This document shows, piece after piece, positions 18,291 through 27,978 of a stretch of DNA of 64,000 nucleotides. Origin of the DNA: Actinomycetota bacterium (GTDB lineage Bacteria > Actinomycetota > CADDZG01 > JAHWKV01 > JAOPZY01); contig DASTWV010000057.1 in NCBI GenBank assembly GCA_035765775.1, forward strand, positions 27,160-91,159, read 5' to 3'. The notes below the pieces were generated by a model that worked only from the letters and a program-made list of their open reading frames with translations, had not been told where the DNA came from and did no database searches. Numbering within the stretch: position 1 is the stretch's first letter; the number at the start of each line of letters is the position of its first letter. A program made the position numbers and the translations under genes.

Positions 18291-19711
18291 GAGGGGCCCT
18301 CCCCGGCCAGGGTCACCCGCACCCACGCCACGGCCACACCCAGCTCGAGGTCCCCGTCCTCTGAGGCCGACGCCGGTGACCCGGGCGACGGGTTCACCGA
18401 GCTCCACAACCGGGTGGCCGACGTCCCCACCATCACCCGGGTGCTCCCCCTCCGGGACAGCGCCCCCTCCGGGACCACGCCGGCGTACAGGGTGCCGTGC
18501 CGGTGGGGCGAGGCGGTCAGTGCCACGTTCCGGCCCCCGACCGACACCGCCAGGCTCCCCTCGACCTCCGGGGTGACGGCCGCCGCCACCAGGAGCTCGA
18601 CGCGGGACCCGGCCCCCACCACCGCCGGCAGGTCGATCCAGGCGTCCCGGCCGGGCCCACTCCAGCGCAGGCCGAGGTCGCCCACCACCTGGGGCGGGTG
18701 CCAGCCCCCGCCGGCGAAGGCGGGGTCGGTCAGGCTGATCTTCACCGTCCCGGGCCGCCGGAACGACGAGACCGGGGCCGGGGCCGCCGGGGCCGGAGGC
18801 GCTCCCGGCGACGCCAGAGCCGCCGAAATCCGTTCGGCCACCGCCGGCGGGGCGCCATCCCGGGCCAACCCGAGGGCCAGCCCGGACACGTCGTGGAATC
18901 CCAGCGCCCCGGTGATGCAGGCGTCGCGCACGAGCTGGTGCCAGCCGAGACCGGCGGCCGGGTAGGCCACCTCCCGGCGCAGGTAGTAGGCGTTCGCCCA
19001 GAAGAGCTGGCCGGGGCCGCTGTCGAACCGGTGGGCGCCGTCATCCAGCTGCCACACGTCGGGCGTGCGCCAGCCGAGGTCGGCCCCCGCCTGCCCGTAG
19101 TGGGCGAGGTCCCGCAGCCGCCAGAGGACGAAACCCCGCCGGCGCAGGAACCGGTCGACGTCGCCGAATAGCGGCGCCCCGGCGTAGAGCTCGTTGAACT
19201 CGACCTCGACCTCGACCGCCCGCACCCCGGCCAGGGTCGCCTGGGCGCCCTCCAGGACGCCCAGCTCCGACCCCTGCGTATCGACCTTGATGACATCCAC
19301 CCGCGCGATCCCCTCAGCGGCGCACCACTCGTCCAGGACGGCCAGCTCGACCATCACCGAGGACTCCGGGGTGATCACCCCGAGGCCCGGGTGCCGCTCG
19401 TAGGCCGCCGCCGAAGGCGGGTAGAGCGAGGAGCACGCCGGCTGCCGGGTGACGTGCAGGGTGGCCACCCCCGAACGGGGGCCCAGCGCCACCGGCGCTA
19501 CCCGGTGCGGCGCCCCCGACCGCCGGTGGAGTTCCTGCAGCCGCCGGCACTCCTCGGCGTCCGGCTCGAAGCCGATGGCCACATAGCGGTCACCCAGGTC
19601 GTCCCAGGTGGAAGCAAACCCCCACCGGGCGCCCACGTCAACCACGACGATGGGGTCGTCGAGGAGGGGGGCGATGGCGGCGGCTCGCGAGGAAGGTAGA
19701 GGTAGATCCAA
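18287..19711 (-). CDS. FkbM-family SAM-dependent methyltransferase with C-terminal extension
   Basis: Motifs VVDVGARWG and IKVDTQGSELGVLEGA (Methyltransf_21/FkbM), followed by a ~200-aa C-terminal beta-rich extension. Confidence 0.8.
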   Translation of the reverse strand: MDLPLPSSRAAAIAPLLDDPIVVVDVGARWGFASTWDDLGDRYVAIGFEPDAEECRRLQELHRRSGAPHRVAPVALGPRSGVATLHVTRQPACSSLYPPSAAAYERHPGLGVITPESSVMVELAVLDEWCAAEGIARVDVIKVDTQGSELGVLEGAQATLAGVRAVEVEVEFNELYAGAPLFGDVDRFLRRRGFVLWRLRDLAHYGQAGADLGWRTPDVWQLDDGAHRFDSGPGQLFWANAYYLRREVAYPAAGLGWHQLVRDACITGALGFHDVSGLALGLARDGAPPAVAERISAALASPGAPPAPAAPAPVSSFRRPGTVKISLTDPAFAGGGWHPPQVVGDLGLRWSGPGRDAWIDLPAVVGAGSRVELLVAAAVTPEVEGSLAVSVGGRNVALTASPHRHGTLYAGVVPEGALSRRGSTRVMVGTSATRLWSSVNPSPGSPASASEDGDLELGVAVAWVRVTLAGEGPS

Positions 19712-19824
19712 TTGGGCACCTCTCGGGGCGGCACCGGACGGCGCATTCTACATGTCACGCATCATCGGCAGGCATGACCGTTTTGCTAAGCGCCAATCCG
19801 GCGCGGCCTTGCTAGCCTCCCGCC

Positions 19825-22347
19825 ATGCGCATCGGCATCGACTACCAGATCCTCGCCCTGGGGCCGGAGCTCATCACCCGGGGGATGGGCCGCTACACCC
19901 AGCAGCAGCTGCGCGAGGTCCTGGCGGTGGACCGGGACAACGAGTACCTCCTGCTGTGCGAGGCGGGGGCCGACCTCTCGCTGATCGATCCCGCCGTCCT
20001 GGAAGCCCCCAACGTCGACCTCGCCTGCTACCCGAAACCCCGCGCCGAGGTGACCGAAGCGACCACCCTCCAGCTGGCCGAGCACTACCTGGCCTGGCTG
20101 GAGCGCCAGGGCCTCGATCTCTACCACGCCACCGCCCCGCTCATGCTGACCGGCCCCCCGCTGGTCCGCGTGGACACCTGCCCCACAGTCGTCACCCTCT
20201 ACGACCTCATCCCGCTGCGCTACCCCGACCGCTACTACGTCGAGGACCCCCTCCGCCGCCAGTACGAGCGGGGCCTCGGGTTCCTGGCGACCGCCGACCG
20301 GCTCCTCGCCATCTCGGAGTACGCCCGGAGCGACGCCGTGGCCCTCATCGGCTACCCGGAGGAGCGCATCGACAAGGCCTGGCCGATCGCCGACGACGTC
20401 TTCCGGCCGCTCCCCGACCACCTCGTCCGCAAGCTGCTCAGCGTGGTCTCCAGCCGGATCCGGATCCCCGAGCACTACCTGCTCACGGTCAGCCACATCC
20501 ACTACTCCAAGAACCTCGACACGCTGCTCCGGGCGTACGCCGGCCTCCCCGAGGCCCTGCGCACCCGGCTGCCGCTGGTGCTCTGCTGCCACCTGGACCA
20601 GGCCAGCCTGAACGCCGTCGGCAGCCTGGCCTTCGACCTCGGCATCAGCGCCGACCTCGTGATCACCGGTGGCGTGTCCGACGCCGAGCTCGCCGCCCTG
20701 TACAACCGGGCGACGCTGGTGGTCCACCCGTCCCGGGCCGAGGGCTTCGGGTTCCCGGTGCTGGAGGCGATGCGCTGCGGTGCCCCGGTGGTCACCACCA
20801 CAGCGTCGTCCCTGCCCGAAGTGGCGGGCGACGCCGCGCTCCAGGTGGACCCCGAGGACGCCGGCTCCCTCGCCGCCGCCATCCAGCGGGTGGCCGGCGA
20901 CCCGGCCCTCCAGGCCACCCTGCGGGCGAAGGGCTTCGTCCAGGCGGAGCGCTTCAACCGCCACCAGCTGGCCGAGGCCACCCTGGCGTGCTACCAGCGG
21001 GCCGTCGCCCTCCCACCGGCGCCCGGAGGACCGGGACCCGCAGGCCGGCGGATCGCCCTGTGGACTCCCCTGCCGCCGCAGGCCACCGGCATCGCCGACT
21101 ACTCGGCAGAGCTCCTGGACGGCCTCGCCACCCGGTGCGAGGTGGACGTCTTCGTCGACGGCGGGTACCTCCCGGCGGGAGCCGTCCTGCAGCGCCACCA
21201 CATCCACCACGCCTCCGGCTTCGTCCGGCGCAACGCAGCCCGCCCGTACGACGCCGTGCTCTACCAGGTGGGGGCATCACCCTTCCACGCCTACATGACG
21301 GCGGCGTTCGAGGCCCACCCGGGCATCGCCGTGCTCCACGACCTCATCTGGAGCAACGTCGTGTACACCGAGATCGTCCACGAGACGGGCGACGCCCCCC
21401 GGTTCCACCGCATGCTGGCCGACCTGCACGGCGCCCGGGCGGTCGAGGAGCTGCGCCGGCTCGCCTTCGAGGACCAGGACGCGGTCTGGGACTTCTTCGG
21501 GCGCTACCCGATGCTCGACCCGGTGGTGAACCCGAGCATCGCCCAGATCGTGCACTTCCCGGACGCCGCCCGGGAGCTGCTGGCTGCCTTCCCGGGCAGC
21601 CACCCCTGGGTGGTGCCGATGGGGGTGGCCGATCCCTATGCGGGCCAGCCGGACCTGGACCAGGCGGCGGCGCGCACCGCCCTCGGGATGGACCCGGAGC
21701 GCTTCGTCGCCTCCCTCGTCGGCCTGGTCCACCCGCTCAAACGGGTCGAGTCCTGCCTGTGGGCCATCGCCGCCCTGAAGGAGCAGGGCCGCCACCCCCT
21801 CCTGGTGGTCGCCGGCCCGTGTTACGACCAGGCCTACCTGGAGCGGCTCTCCCACCTCGGCTACACGCTGGGCCTGGGCGACACCCTGGAGTTCACCGGC
21901 CGGCTCCCCCGGGAGGACTTCGACCGGCACATGGTGGCCGCCGATGTGATCGTCAACCTGCGCGCCCCGGTCCACAAGCACATGTCGGCAGTGCTCATGC
22001 GCTCGGTCGCCGCCGGCAAGCCGGTGGTGCTCAGCGACCTCCCGGAGTGGCGCTTCCTGCCCGGGTCGTTCTGCTGGCGGGTCCCCGTGGCGGGCGAGGC
22101 CGAGGCGGTGGCCACCGCCCTCGGCGCCCTGGAGGACGACCCCGGGCGCCGCCGGGCCATGGGTGAGGCCGCCCGCGCCTGGTACCTGGCCGAGGGCACC
22201 GCCGAGCGGATGGCGGAGCGCTACCTCGGGGTGGTCGATGCCGTGATCGGCGGCCGGGGCCAGCCTCCCCCTGCCCACCGGGGCGCCCCCCAGACGGATC
22301 GATACAATTCGCCGGTGCCCGGACCGCTGACCCCCTCTTCCGCATGA
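19825..22347 (+). CDS. Tandem GT4-GT4 glycosyltransferase (two complete family-1-fold GT domains in one 840-aa protein)
   Basis: Domain 1 (~1-400) includes LTVSHIHYSKNLDTLLRAY, GFGFPVLEAMRCGAPVVTT and the E-x7-E region. Domain 2 (~410-840) includes GLVHPLKRVESCLWAIAAL and SAVLMRSVAAGKPVVLSDLPEW. Resembles WbdA-type dual-domain mannosyl/rhamnosyl transferases. The stop overlaps the next gene's start (ATGA). Confidence 0.85.
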   Translation: MRIGIDYQILALGPELITRGMGRYTQQQLREVLAVDRDNEYLLLCEAGADLSLIDPAVLEAPNVDLACYPKPRAEVTEATTLQLAEHYLAWLERQGLDLYHATAPLMLTGPPLVRVDTCPTVVTLYDLIPLRYPDRYYVEDPLRRQYERGLGFLATADRLLAISEYARSDAVALIGYPEERIDKAWPIADDVFRPLPDHLVRKLLSVVSSRIRIPEHYLLTVSHIHYSKNLDTLLRAYAGLPEALRTRLPLVLCCHLDQASLNAVGSLAFDLGISADLVITGGVSDAELAALYNRATLVVHPSRAEGFGFPVLEAMRCGAPVVTTTASSLPEVAGDAALQVDPEDAGSLAAAIQRVAGDPALQATLRAKGFVQAERFNRHQLAEATLACYQRAVALPPAPGGPGPAGRRIALWTPLPPQATGIADYSAELLDGLATRCEVDVFVDGGYLPAGAVLQRHHIHHASGFVRRNAARPYDAVLYQVGASPFHAYMTAAFEAHPGIAVLHDLIWSNVVYTEIVHETGDAPRFHRMLADLHGARAVEELRRLAFEDQDAVWDFFGRYPMLDPVVNPSIAQIVHFPDAARELLAAFPGSHPWVVPMGVADPYAGQPDLDQAAARTALGMDPERFVASLVGLVHPLKRVESCLWAIAALKEQGRHPLLVVAGPCYDQAYLERLSHLGYTLGLGDTLEFTGRLPREDFDRHMVAADVIVNLRAPVHKHMSAVLMRSVAAGKPVVLSDLPEWRFLPGSFCWRVPVAGEAEAVATALGALEDDPGRRRAMGEAARAWYLAEGTAERMAERYLGVVDAVIGGRGQPPPAHRGAPQTDRYNSPVPGPLTPSSA

Positions 22348-23576
22348 CCGTGTCGTTCGCCGAGCTGCCCGCCGTCCTGCGGGCCGCCGAGGACCGGGTC
22401 CGCGCCCTGCACGAGGAGCTCGCCCGGGGCGTCACGGCCGTCGACGAGGCGCTGGCCGCCATTGACCGGGACCGGGACGCCGCCGACGAGGCCCTCGACG
22501 CCGTCCCGGCCATCGGGCGCCGCCTGGCTGGCCGCCTGGCCGCCGCCGACGTGTCCGCCCCAGCCGTCCCCCTCGACGGTCCGGGCTGGGAGCCGGTGCC
22601 GGTGGCCGTGGGCGACGGCCTCGCCTTCACCGTGATGCTCGACACCGCCATGCACGACCCGGTGACCGCCGGGCTCGCCACCGGGCGGACCTCGGACGAG
22701 CCCCTCATTGCCCTGATGCTGGAGTTCGTGCAGCCGGGCGACTGGGTCATCGACCTCGGCGCCCACGTCGGCACCTTCTCGCTGGCCGCCGCCGCCCGGG
22801 GGTGCGGCGTCCTGGCCATCGAGGCGTCCCCCGCCAACGCCGCCCTGCTGCGGGCCAGCGCCGCCCGCAATGGGTTCCACGACCTCCGGGTCATCCACTG
22901 CGCCGCCACCGACACCGCCGGCCCCCTCTCCTTCGAGGCCAACGGCCCGTGGGGGCACATGACCTGGGGCGGCGAAGGGGAGACCCACACCGTCACGGTG
23001 CCCGGGGTGCCCATCGACCAGCTGCTGGGCGCCTTCGCCTCCCCCCCGCCCGCCTTCATCAAGATGGACGTCGAGGGCGCCGAGCTGAAGGCGATCGCCG
23101 GCATGCGGGCGCTGCTGTCCGGGCCGGGCGCCCCGCCGGTGCTCTTCGAGTCCAACGGCCACGCCCTGGCCCTCGCCGGGGCCACGCCCAACGAGCTGCA
23201 GGCCTGCTTCGAGGAGCTGGGCTACGCCACCTACCTGATCGAGGGCCGCCGCCTCACCCGGCTCTCCCCGGACGAGGTCCAGGTGGTCACCGTCGCCGAC
23301 TGCCTGGCGATGAAGCGCCGGCCCGCCGGTCTCGACGCCTGGGAGGTCCGCATCCAGTCCACCGAGGAGGATGCCCTGCTGCGCATCACCGCCGAGGCCG
23401 CCCACCCCAACCCGGACTGCCGGGCGTACGCCGCCCGGGCGCTGGAGGGGCTGGACCCCGAGCTCCTGTCCCACCCGCTGGTGACCGGGGCGCTGGCCGA
23501 CCTCCGGGCAGATGCCGACCCCGTCGTGGTGGCGGCAGCCGCCTGGTCGCACCCCGGCGAGGGGGCGCAGCCGTGA
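22344..23576 (+). CDS. FkbM-family SAM-dependent methyltransferase
   Basis: Motifs VIDLGAHVGTFSLAAA and IKMDVEGAELKAIAG. 410 aa. Confidence 0.8.
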   Translation: MTVSFAELPAVLRAAEDRVRALHEELARGVTAVDEALAAIDRDRDAADEALDAVPAIGRRLAGRLAAADVSAPAVPLDGPGWEPVPVAVGDGLAFTVMLDTAMHDPVTAGLATGRTSDEPLIALMLEFVQPGDWVIDLGAHVGTFSLAAAARGCGVLAIEASPANAALLRASAARNGFHDLRVIHCAATDTAGPLSFEANGPWGHMTWGGEGETHTVTVPGVPIDQLLGAFASPPPAFIKMDVEGAELKAIAGMRALLSGPGAPPVLFESNGHALALAGATPNELQACFEELGYATYLIEGRRLTRLSPDEVQVVTVADCLAMKRRPAGLDAWEVRIQSTEEDALLRITAEAAHPNPDCRAYAARALEGLDPELLSHPLVTGALADLRADADPVVVAAAAWSHPGEGAQP

Positions 23577-23578
23577 CC

Positions 23579-24697
23579 ATGGTCTCCTACGCCCAGAACG
23601 GTGAGGACGTCCTCCTGGACCGCTGCTTCCCCCGGGGCAAGGCCGGCTTCTACATCGACGTCGGCGCCAGCGACCCGTCGGTGGCGTCGGTCACCCGCCA
23701 CTTCTACGACCTGGGCTGGCACGGCATCAACGTCGAGCCCACCACCGGCTCGTTCGAGCGGCTGCAGGCCGAGCGCCGCCGGGACATCAACCTCAACGTG
23801 GCGGCCTCCGACCGCAGCGGCGAGCTCACGTTCCACGAGTTCCCCGGCTACGACTCCGGCGTGTCCACCGCCTCCGAGGTCAACTACACCCGCCACCGGG
23901 ACGCCGGCCTCACAGCCACGGAGCGCACCGTCGCCGCCCTGACGCTGGCGGAGATCTGCGAGCGCCACGTACCGGGCCCGATCGACTTCCTGTCCGTGGA
24001 CGTCGAGGGCCACGAGGAGAAGGTGCTGGCGGGCGCCGACTTCACCCGTTGGCGCCCCCGGGTGGTCCTGGTGGAGGCTACCGAGCCGACCACCCTGGAG
24101 GAGGGCATCGACCCGCCCCGGCTGCTGCAGCCCAGCCACGAGTCCTGGGAGCCGATCCTGCTGGAGGCGGGCTACCTGTTCGCCGCCTTCGACGGCATCA
24201 ACCGCTTCTATGTCCGCAAGGAGGACGCCGACCTCGCGCCGGTCCTGGCGGTGCCGGTGAACTTCCTGGACGGCTACCTCACCTACGCCCACTTCAAGTT
24301 GCAGAAGGACCTGGAGATGCTGCGCAGCGAGCAGTACGCCGACTGGGTGGCCAACCAGACCCTGCGGGCCGAGTACCAGTCCCTCTCCGGCGAGCTGGCC
24401 GTGCTCCGGGCGGCGTACGAGAAGGTGGAGCGGGCTCTCACCACCATGCGGGCGGCCTACGAGCACCTCCGGGGCGAGGTGGCGCAGGCGGAACGCGTCG
24501 CGGGCGACGCGCTCGGCGCGGTCGCCGACGCCCGGGCGCAGGTGGAGCACGTCAGCCCCCTGGCCCTAGCCGTCGCCCGCCGGCTGACTGCCGCCTCCAG
24601 CCGCTACCCTGGCGCCGCCCGGCCGCTGAAGCAGGCGCTGCGGGCCGGCCGCGACCTGAAGCGTTCCATCGACGGCAGCAAGGGGGGACCCCGATGA
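23579..24697 (+). CDS. FkbM-family SAM-dependent methyltransferase with C-terminal coiled-coil
   Basis: Motifs YIDVGASDPSV and LSVDVEGHEEKVLAGA. The C-terminal ~120 aa is heptad-like (LQKDLEMLRSEQYADWVANQTLRAEYQSLSGELAVLRAAYEKVERALTTMRAAYEHLRGEVAQAE). An alternative GTG start overlaps the previous stop (GTGA). Confidence 0.8.
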   Translation: MVSYAQNGEDVLLDRCFPRGKAGFYIDVGASDPSVASVTRHFYDLGWHGINVEPTTGSFERLQAERRRDINLNVAASDRSGELTFHEFPGYDSGVSTASEVNYTRHRDAGLTATERTVAALTLAEICERHVPGPIDFLSVDVEGHEEKVLAGADFTRWRPRVVLVEATEPTTLEEGIDPPRLLQPSHESWEPILLEAGYLFAAFDGINRFYVRKEDADLAPVLAVPVNFLDGYLTYAHFKLQKDLEMLRSEQYADWVANQTLRAEYQSLSGELAVLRAAYEKVERALTTMRAAYEHLRGEVAQAERVAGDALGAVADARAQVEHVSPLALAVARRLTAASSRYPGAARPLKQALRAGRDLKRSIDGSKGGPR

Positions 24698-25452
24698 TCG
24701 ATCTGCCGGCACGCCAGGACGACCCCAGGCTCCAGGGCTGGTACCACACCATCGAGCTCGGCAACGGGCTGGTGTCCGACGGGTTCTTCGACCACCGCCC
24801 GGTGGTGCACCGCTACGGCATCCCCGAGTCCCTGCGGGGCAAGGAGGTGCTGGACGTCGGCACGGGCGACGGCTTCTTCGCCTTCGAGATGGAGCGCCGG
24901 GGCGCCGCCCGGGTGACCGCCATCGACGTCGCCCGCATGAAGGACTGCGACTGGGTTCCCAATATGCGCTACCGGCTGGCCGACGCCGCCATGGGCGACC
25001 CGTGGCCCCGGCACTTCCGCCTGGCCCACGCCATGCGCCGCTCCCGGGTGGACTACAAGCCGTGCAACGTGTACGACCTGTCGCCCTACACCGTCGGCAT
25101 GTTCGACATCGTGTTCTGCGGCTCGCTGTTGCTGCACCTGCAGAACCCGTTGGCCGCCCTGATCGCCATCCGGTCGGTCACCCGGGAGTACGCCATCATC
25201 GAGACCGCCATCGAGCCGGAGTGGGACGAGAAGTACCCCTCCCGGCCGGTGCTGTCGTTCGGCTACCAGAAGGACGAGGTGGTGCCGGGCGAGAACAACG
25301 CCTTCTGGGTGATGAGCTCCTGCACCCTCGAGAAGATGATCCGCTACGCCGGCTTCGCCGAGGTGGAGCGCCAGGGCACCTTCATGCTGCCGCCCCACAC
25401 CGACGTCACGGCGTGCTCGATGATCGCCAAGCCGCCGCCGGCCTGGGGCTGA
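24694..25452 (+). CDS. Class I SAM-dependent methyltransferase (CmoB/DUF1698-like)
   Basis: ATG overlaps the preceding stop (ATGA). The N-terminal WYHTIELGNG is followed by motif I VLDVGTGDGFFAFEM and by DIVFCGSLLLHL. Confidence 0.8.
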   Translation: MIDLPARQDDPRLQGWYHTIELGNGLVSDGFFDHRPVVHRYGIPESLRGKEVLDVGTGDGFFAFEMERRGAARVTAIDVARMKDCDWVPNMRYRLADAAMGDPWPRHFRLAHAMRRSRVDYKPCNVYDLSPYTVGMFDIVFCGSLLLHLQNPLAALIAIRSVTREYAIIETAIEPEWDEKYPSRPVLSFGYQKDEVVPGENNAFWVMSSCTLEKMIRYAGFAEVERQGTFMLPPHTDVTACSMIAKPPPAWG

Positions 25453-25828
25453 CGGCCCGCCGGGTACGGCGCAGGAGCAGGAACAGGGTCAGCACCAGCA
25501 CCGGCAACACGGTGCAGTGGTAGGCGATGTCGATGGCCGGCCCGCCCGAGATCGTGATGGTCACCCCGACCAGGAATCCGGCGATGGCGAAGCCGACGGC
25601 GGCCACCACGCCCGCCCACGACCTGGCGGGCGCCCGCCAGCCCGCCCCGGCGCCCACGGCGAGCACGGCGCCGATGACCGCCTCGGCGATCCCCGCGGCA
25701 CTCGGCCGGTAGGGCGGCGTCCCGCCCCCCACGACCCCGCTCAGGTGCAGGGTGGACATCACCGCCAGGGACGCGGCCTCGGCGGCCATGAGGATGGCTG
25801 CGGAGCGGGGGACGCGGCGCTCGTTCAT
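25406..25828 (-). CDS. Small membrane protein (3-4 TM)
   Basis: Hydrophobic helices include AAILMAAEAASLAVMSTL, AVIGAVLAVGAGAGW, VVAAVGFAIAGFLVGVTI and TVLPVLVLTLFLLL. Convergent with the methyltransferase above and overlapping its 3' end. Confidence 0.45.
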   Translation of the reverse strand: MNERRVPRSAAILMAAEAASLAVMSTLHLSGVVGGGTPPYRPSAAGIAEAVIGAVLAVGAGAGWRAPARSWAGVVAAVGFAIAGFLVGVTITISGGPAIDIAYHCTVLPVLVLTLFLLLRRTRRAVSPRPAAAWRSSSTP

Positions 25829-25949
25829 GGAGCCATTGTCGGGCCGGCGGAGCGGCGCGTCGTCGTCCTGCGGGCCCCATTGCCCCTACATCTCTGGGCG
25901 TAGGCGCGGCCGGGGTGCTCGGCCCAGCGCCGGACCTCGGGCATTCCGG

Positions 25950-27900
25950 CTTTGGAGAGTCTGTGAGTGCTGGAGGTAGCTATACAGGCCGTCGCAGAAT
26001 CACGCGCCATAGAGCGGGCTTCACCCCTCGATGGGTCACATCCGGAGGCTCCTAGGCCGCCACAAGGACATCCCGCCGGAGGATGTTTCTGCGCCCGGTC
26101 CCGTGCAAGACGCGCCTGAGCGAGCGGAGAGCGCCGGAGGTGGCCGGGGAACCTGCCTTCCCGTGCCGCATCCGTGGCGAGTGCTTCTTGCCATACAGCT
26201 TCAGCAGGTTGTTGCACATGGCCAGCAGGATCCACTCGTCGTTGGCGCCCTGCTCGCCCATGCGCAAGAACTGTCGGTAATGGCGATTCCATTTGATCTG
26301 GCCGAAGACCGGCTCGACGATGTACTGGCGCTGGGCGTAGGCCGCCACCCCCTCCTCGGTGAGCAGGCGGTGCGTCATGGCGTCGATCGGCGAGCAGCCC
26401 TCGGGCGGGTCCCCCACCCGGTAGCCCTCCTCGGCCTGCTGGTGGCGCAGCTTGTAGGCCTTGGACGTGGCGATCATCCGGGGAGGGCCGGCGGCGGTCA
26501 GGTTGGCGGTGCTCAGGTAGCCGGCGTCGGCCAGCACCAGGTCGAACGAGTCGGTGATGCCCGCCAGCTCCAAGTTGGCGAGGCCGAGGACCACCATCGG
26601 CTGGTAGGAGCCGGTGTCGGCGGCGCAGGTGGTGACCTGGGCGCCCACGATGATCTGGTCCGAGCTCACCAACGCCTGGGCGTTGAAGGCCTGGAGGTAG
26701 CGGCCGGCCTGGTCCACCATGATGGCGCTGGCGGGGTCGGTGGTGTTGATCTTCTCCTCGGCCGCCCGGGCGGCGTCCTGGGCGGCCGCCTCGGCCAGCT
26801 GGGCCTGTGCGGCGGCCACCCCCCGGTCCAGGTTTGGGTGGCGTCCTCCCGGCTTGCGGCCCTGGGCTGCCGCCTCCGCCTCCACCGCCTGGCGGCGGGC
26901 CTTGACCGCCTCGGCCTGTTCTTTGGCGACCTCCAGGTCGGCTTCGGCCTCCGGCAGGGTGGGCTGGTCGCGGGTGGTCAGCCGAGGATCGACCCGGGGT
27001 GCCCGCCGGGCGGTCTCCCGTCGGCGCTCGGTGCGCTCCGCCAGACCCTGGCGTTCGGCGTCCAGGGCGTCGGCGTGGCGCTGGTTGACCAGCTCCAGCG
27101 CGGCGTTCAGGTGGGCCTCCCGGGACCCGGGCTCGATCAGGTGCTCGGGCAGCTCGTCGCCCCGGGACTGGCCGAGGCGCTGGTCGTCCTCGGCGTCGGC
27201 CAGCTCACCCTGGCTGACCAGCTCGGCAGCCTTCTTGGTGGCCTCGGCCTTCAACTCGGCCAACTCCTTAGCGATCTGTTTTTTGGTGCGGTTGGCCCTG
27301 AGCGAGGCGCGGGCACGGATCTTGGTGCCATCCAGGGCGACTGTGCCCGCGATCGTCAGCCCGGCGGCTTGGCACAGCATCAGGATGTCGCTGAACAGCG
27401 CCCGGATCTGGGGAGCCTGCTCGGCGCGGAAGCGGGCGATCGTGGCGTGGTCGGGCACCTGGTTGGCGGCGATCACCCGGAAGGCGACGTCGACCTTGCA
27501 GGCTGCCTCGATCGCCCGGGAGGAGTACACCCCGGTGCAGTAGGCGTAGAACAGCAAGGTGAGCAGCATCTCGGGGTCATAGGCGGCCCGGCCGGGACCC
27601 CAGTTGGGGTGGCGGCCGTGCAGCTTCCAGGTCTTTTGCTTGAGCTTGTCGACGACGCTGAGCACGAACCAGGCGAGGTGGTCCGGGGGCAGCCAGTCGA
27701 GCAGGCTGGGCGGCATGAGGAACGGGGTCATGCGATCCGTGGAGACATAGTGTTTGGCCATGCCCCCATTCGCGCACACTTCCGGGGGAAGGTGTTGGAT
27801 TTCGCGATTGCTAGTTTGAGGCCTCGATTTTGCGACACCCTGATAGGTGGCTCAGCGTCACAGGAAACTCCACTAGTGGCCCTGGCATCCATCTCCAAGC
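25950..27900 (-). mobile_element. IS1182-family insertion sequence (boundaries approximate)
   Basis: Contains the 26052..27779 transposase ORF. An imperfect terminal inverted repeat, GCTTTGGAGAG at ~25950 and CATCTCCAAGC at ~27890, flanks ~1.95 kb. The element is inserted between a membrane-protein gene and a REP13E12-like element. Confidence 0.6.
26052..27779 (-). CDS. IS1182-family DDE transposase
   Basis: The N-terminal MTPFLMPPSLLDWLPPDHLAWFVLSVVDKL is the IS1182 N-terminal signature. Also present are YDPEMLLTLLFYAYCTGVYSSRAIE, a central coiled-coil and a C-terminal DDE region (ADAGYLS...). 575 aa. Confidence 0.8.
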   Translation of the reverse strand: MCANGGMAKHYVSTDRMTPFLMPPSLLDWLPPDHLAWFVLSVVDKLKQKTWKLHGRHPNWGPGRAAYDPEMLLTLLFYAYCTGVYSSRAIEAACKVDVAFRVIAANQVPDHATIARFRAEQAPQIRALFSDILMLCQAAGLTIAGTVALDGTKIRARASLRANRTKKQIAKELAELKAEATKKAAELVSQGELADAEDDQRLGQSRGDELPEHLIEPGSREAHLNAALELVNQRHADALDAERQGLAERTERRRETARRAPRVDPRLTTRDQPTLPEAEADLEVAKEQAEAVKARRQAVEAEAAAQGRKPGGRHPNLDRGVAAAQAQLAEAAAQDAARAAEEKINTTDPASAIMVDQAGRYLQAFNAQALVSSDQIIVGAQVTTCAADTGSYQPMVVLGLANLELAGITDSFDLVLADAGYLSTANLTAAGPPRMIATSKAYKLRHQQAEEGYRVGDPPEGCSPIDAMTHRLLTEEGVAAYAQRQYIVEPVFGQIKWNRHYRQFLRMGEQGANDEWILLAMCNNLLKLYGKKHSPRMRHGKAGSPATSGALRSLRRVLHGTGRRNILRRDVLVAA

Positions 27901-27978
27901 GCCGCGCCAGTGACGCCGGGCGCCCGTCGCAGGGTGAAGAGGGTTCGGCTGGGTGGAGGGTGGAGGGAAGGCCCGGCC

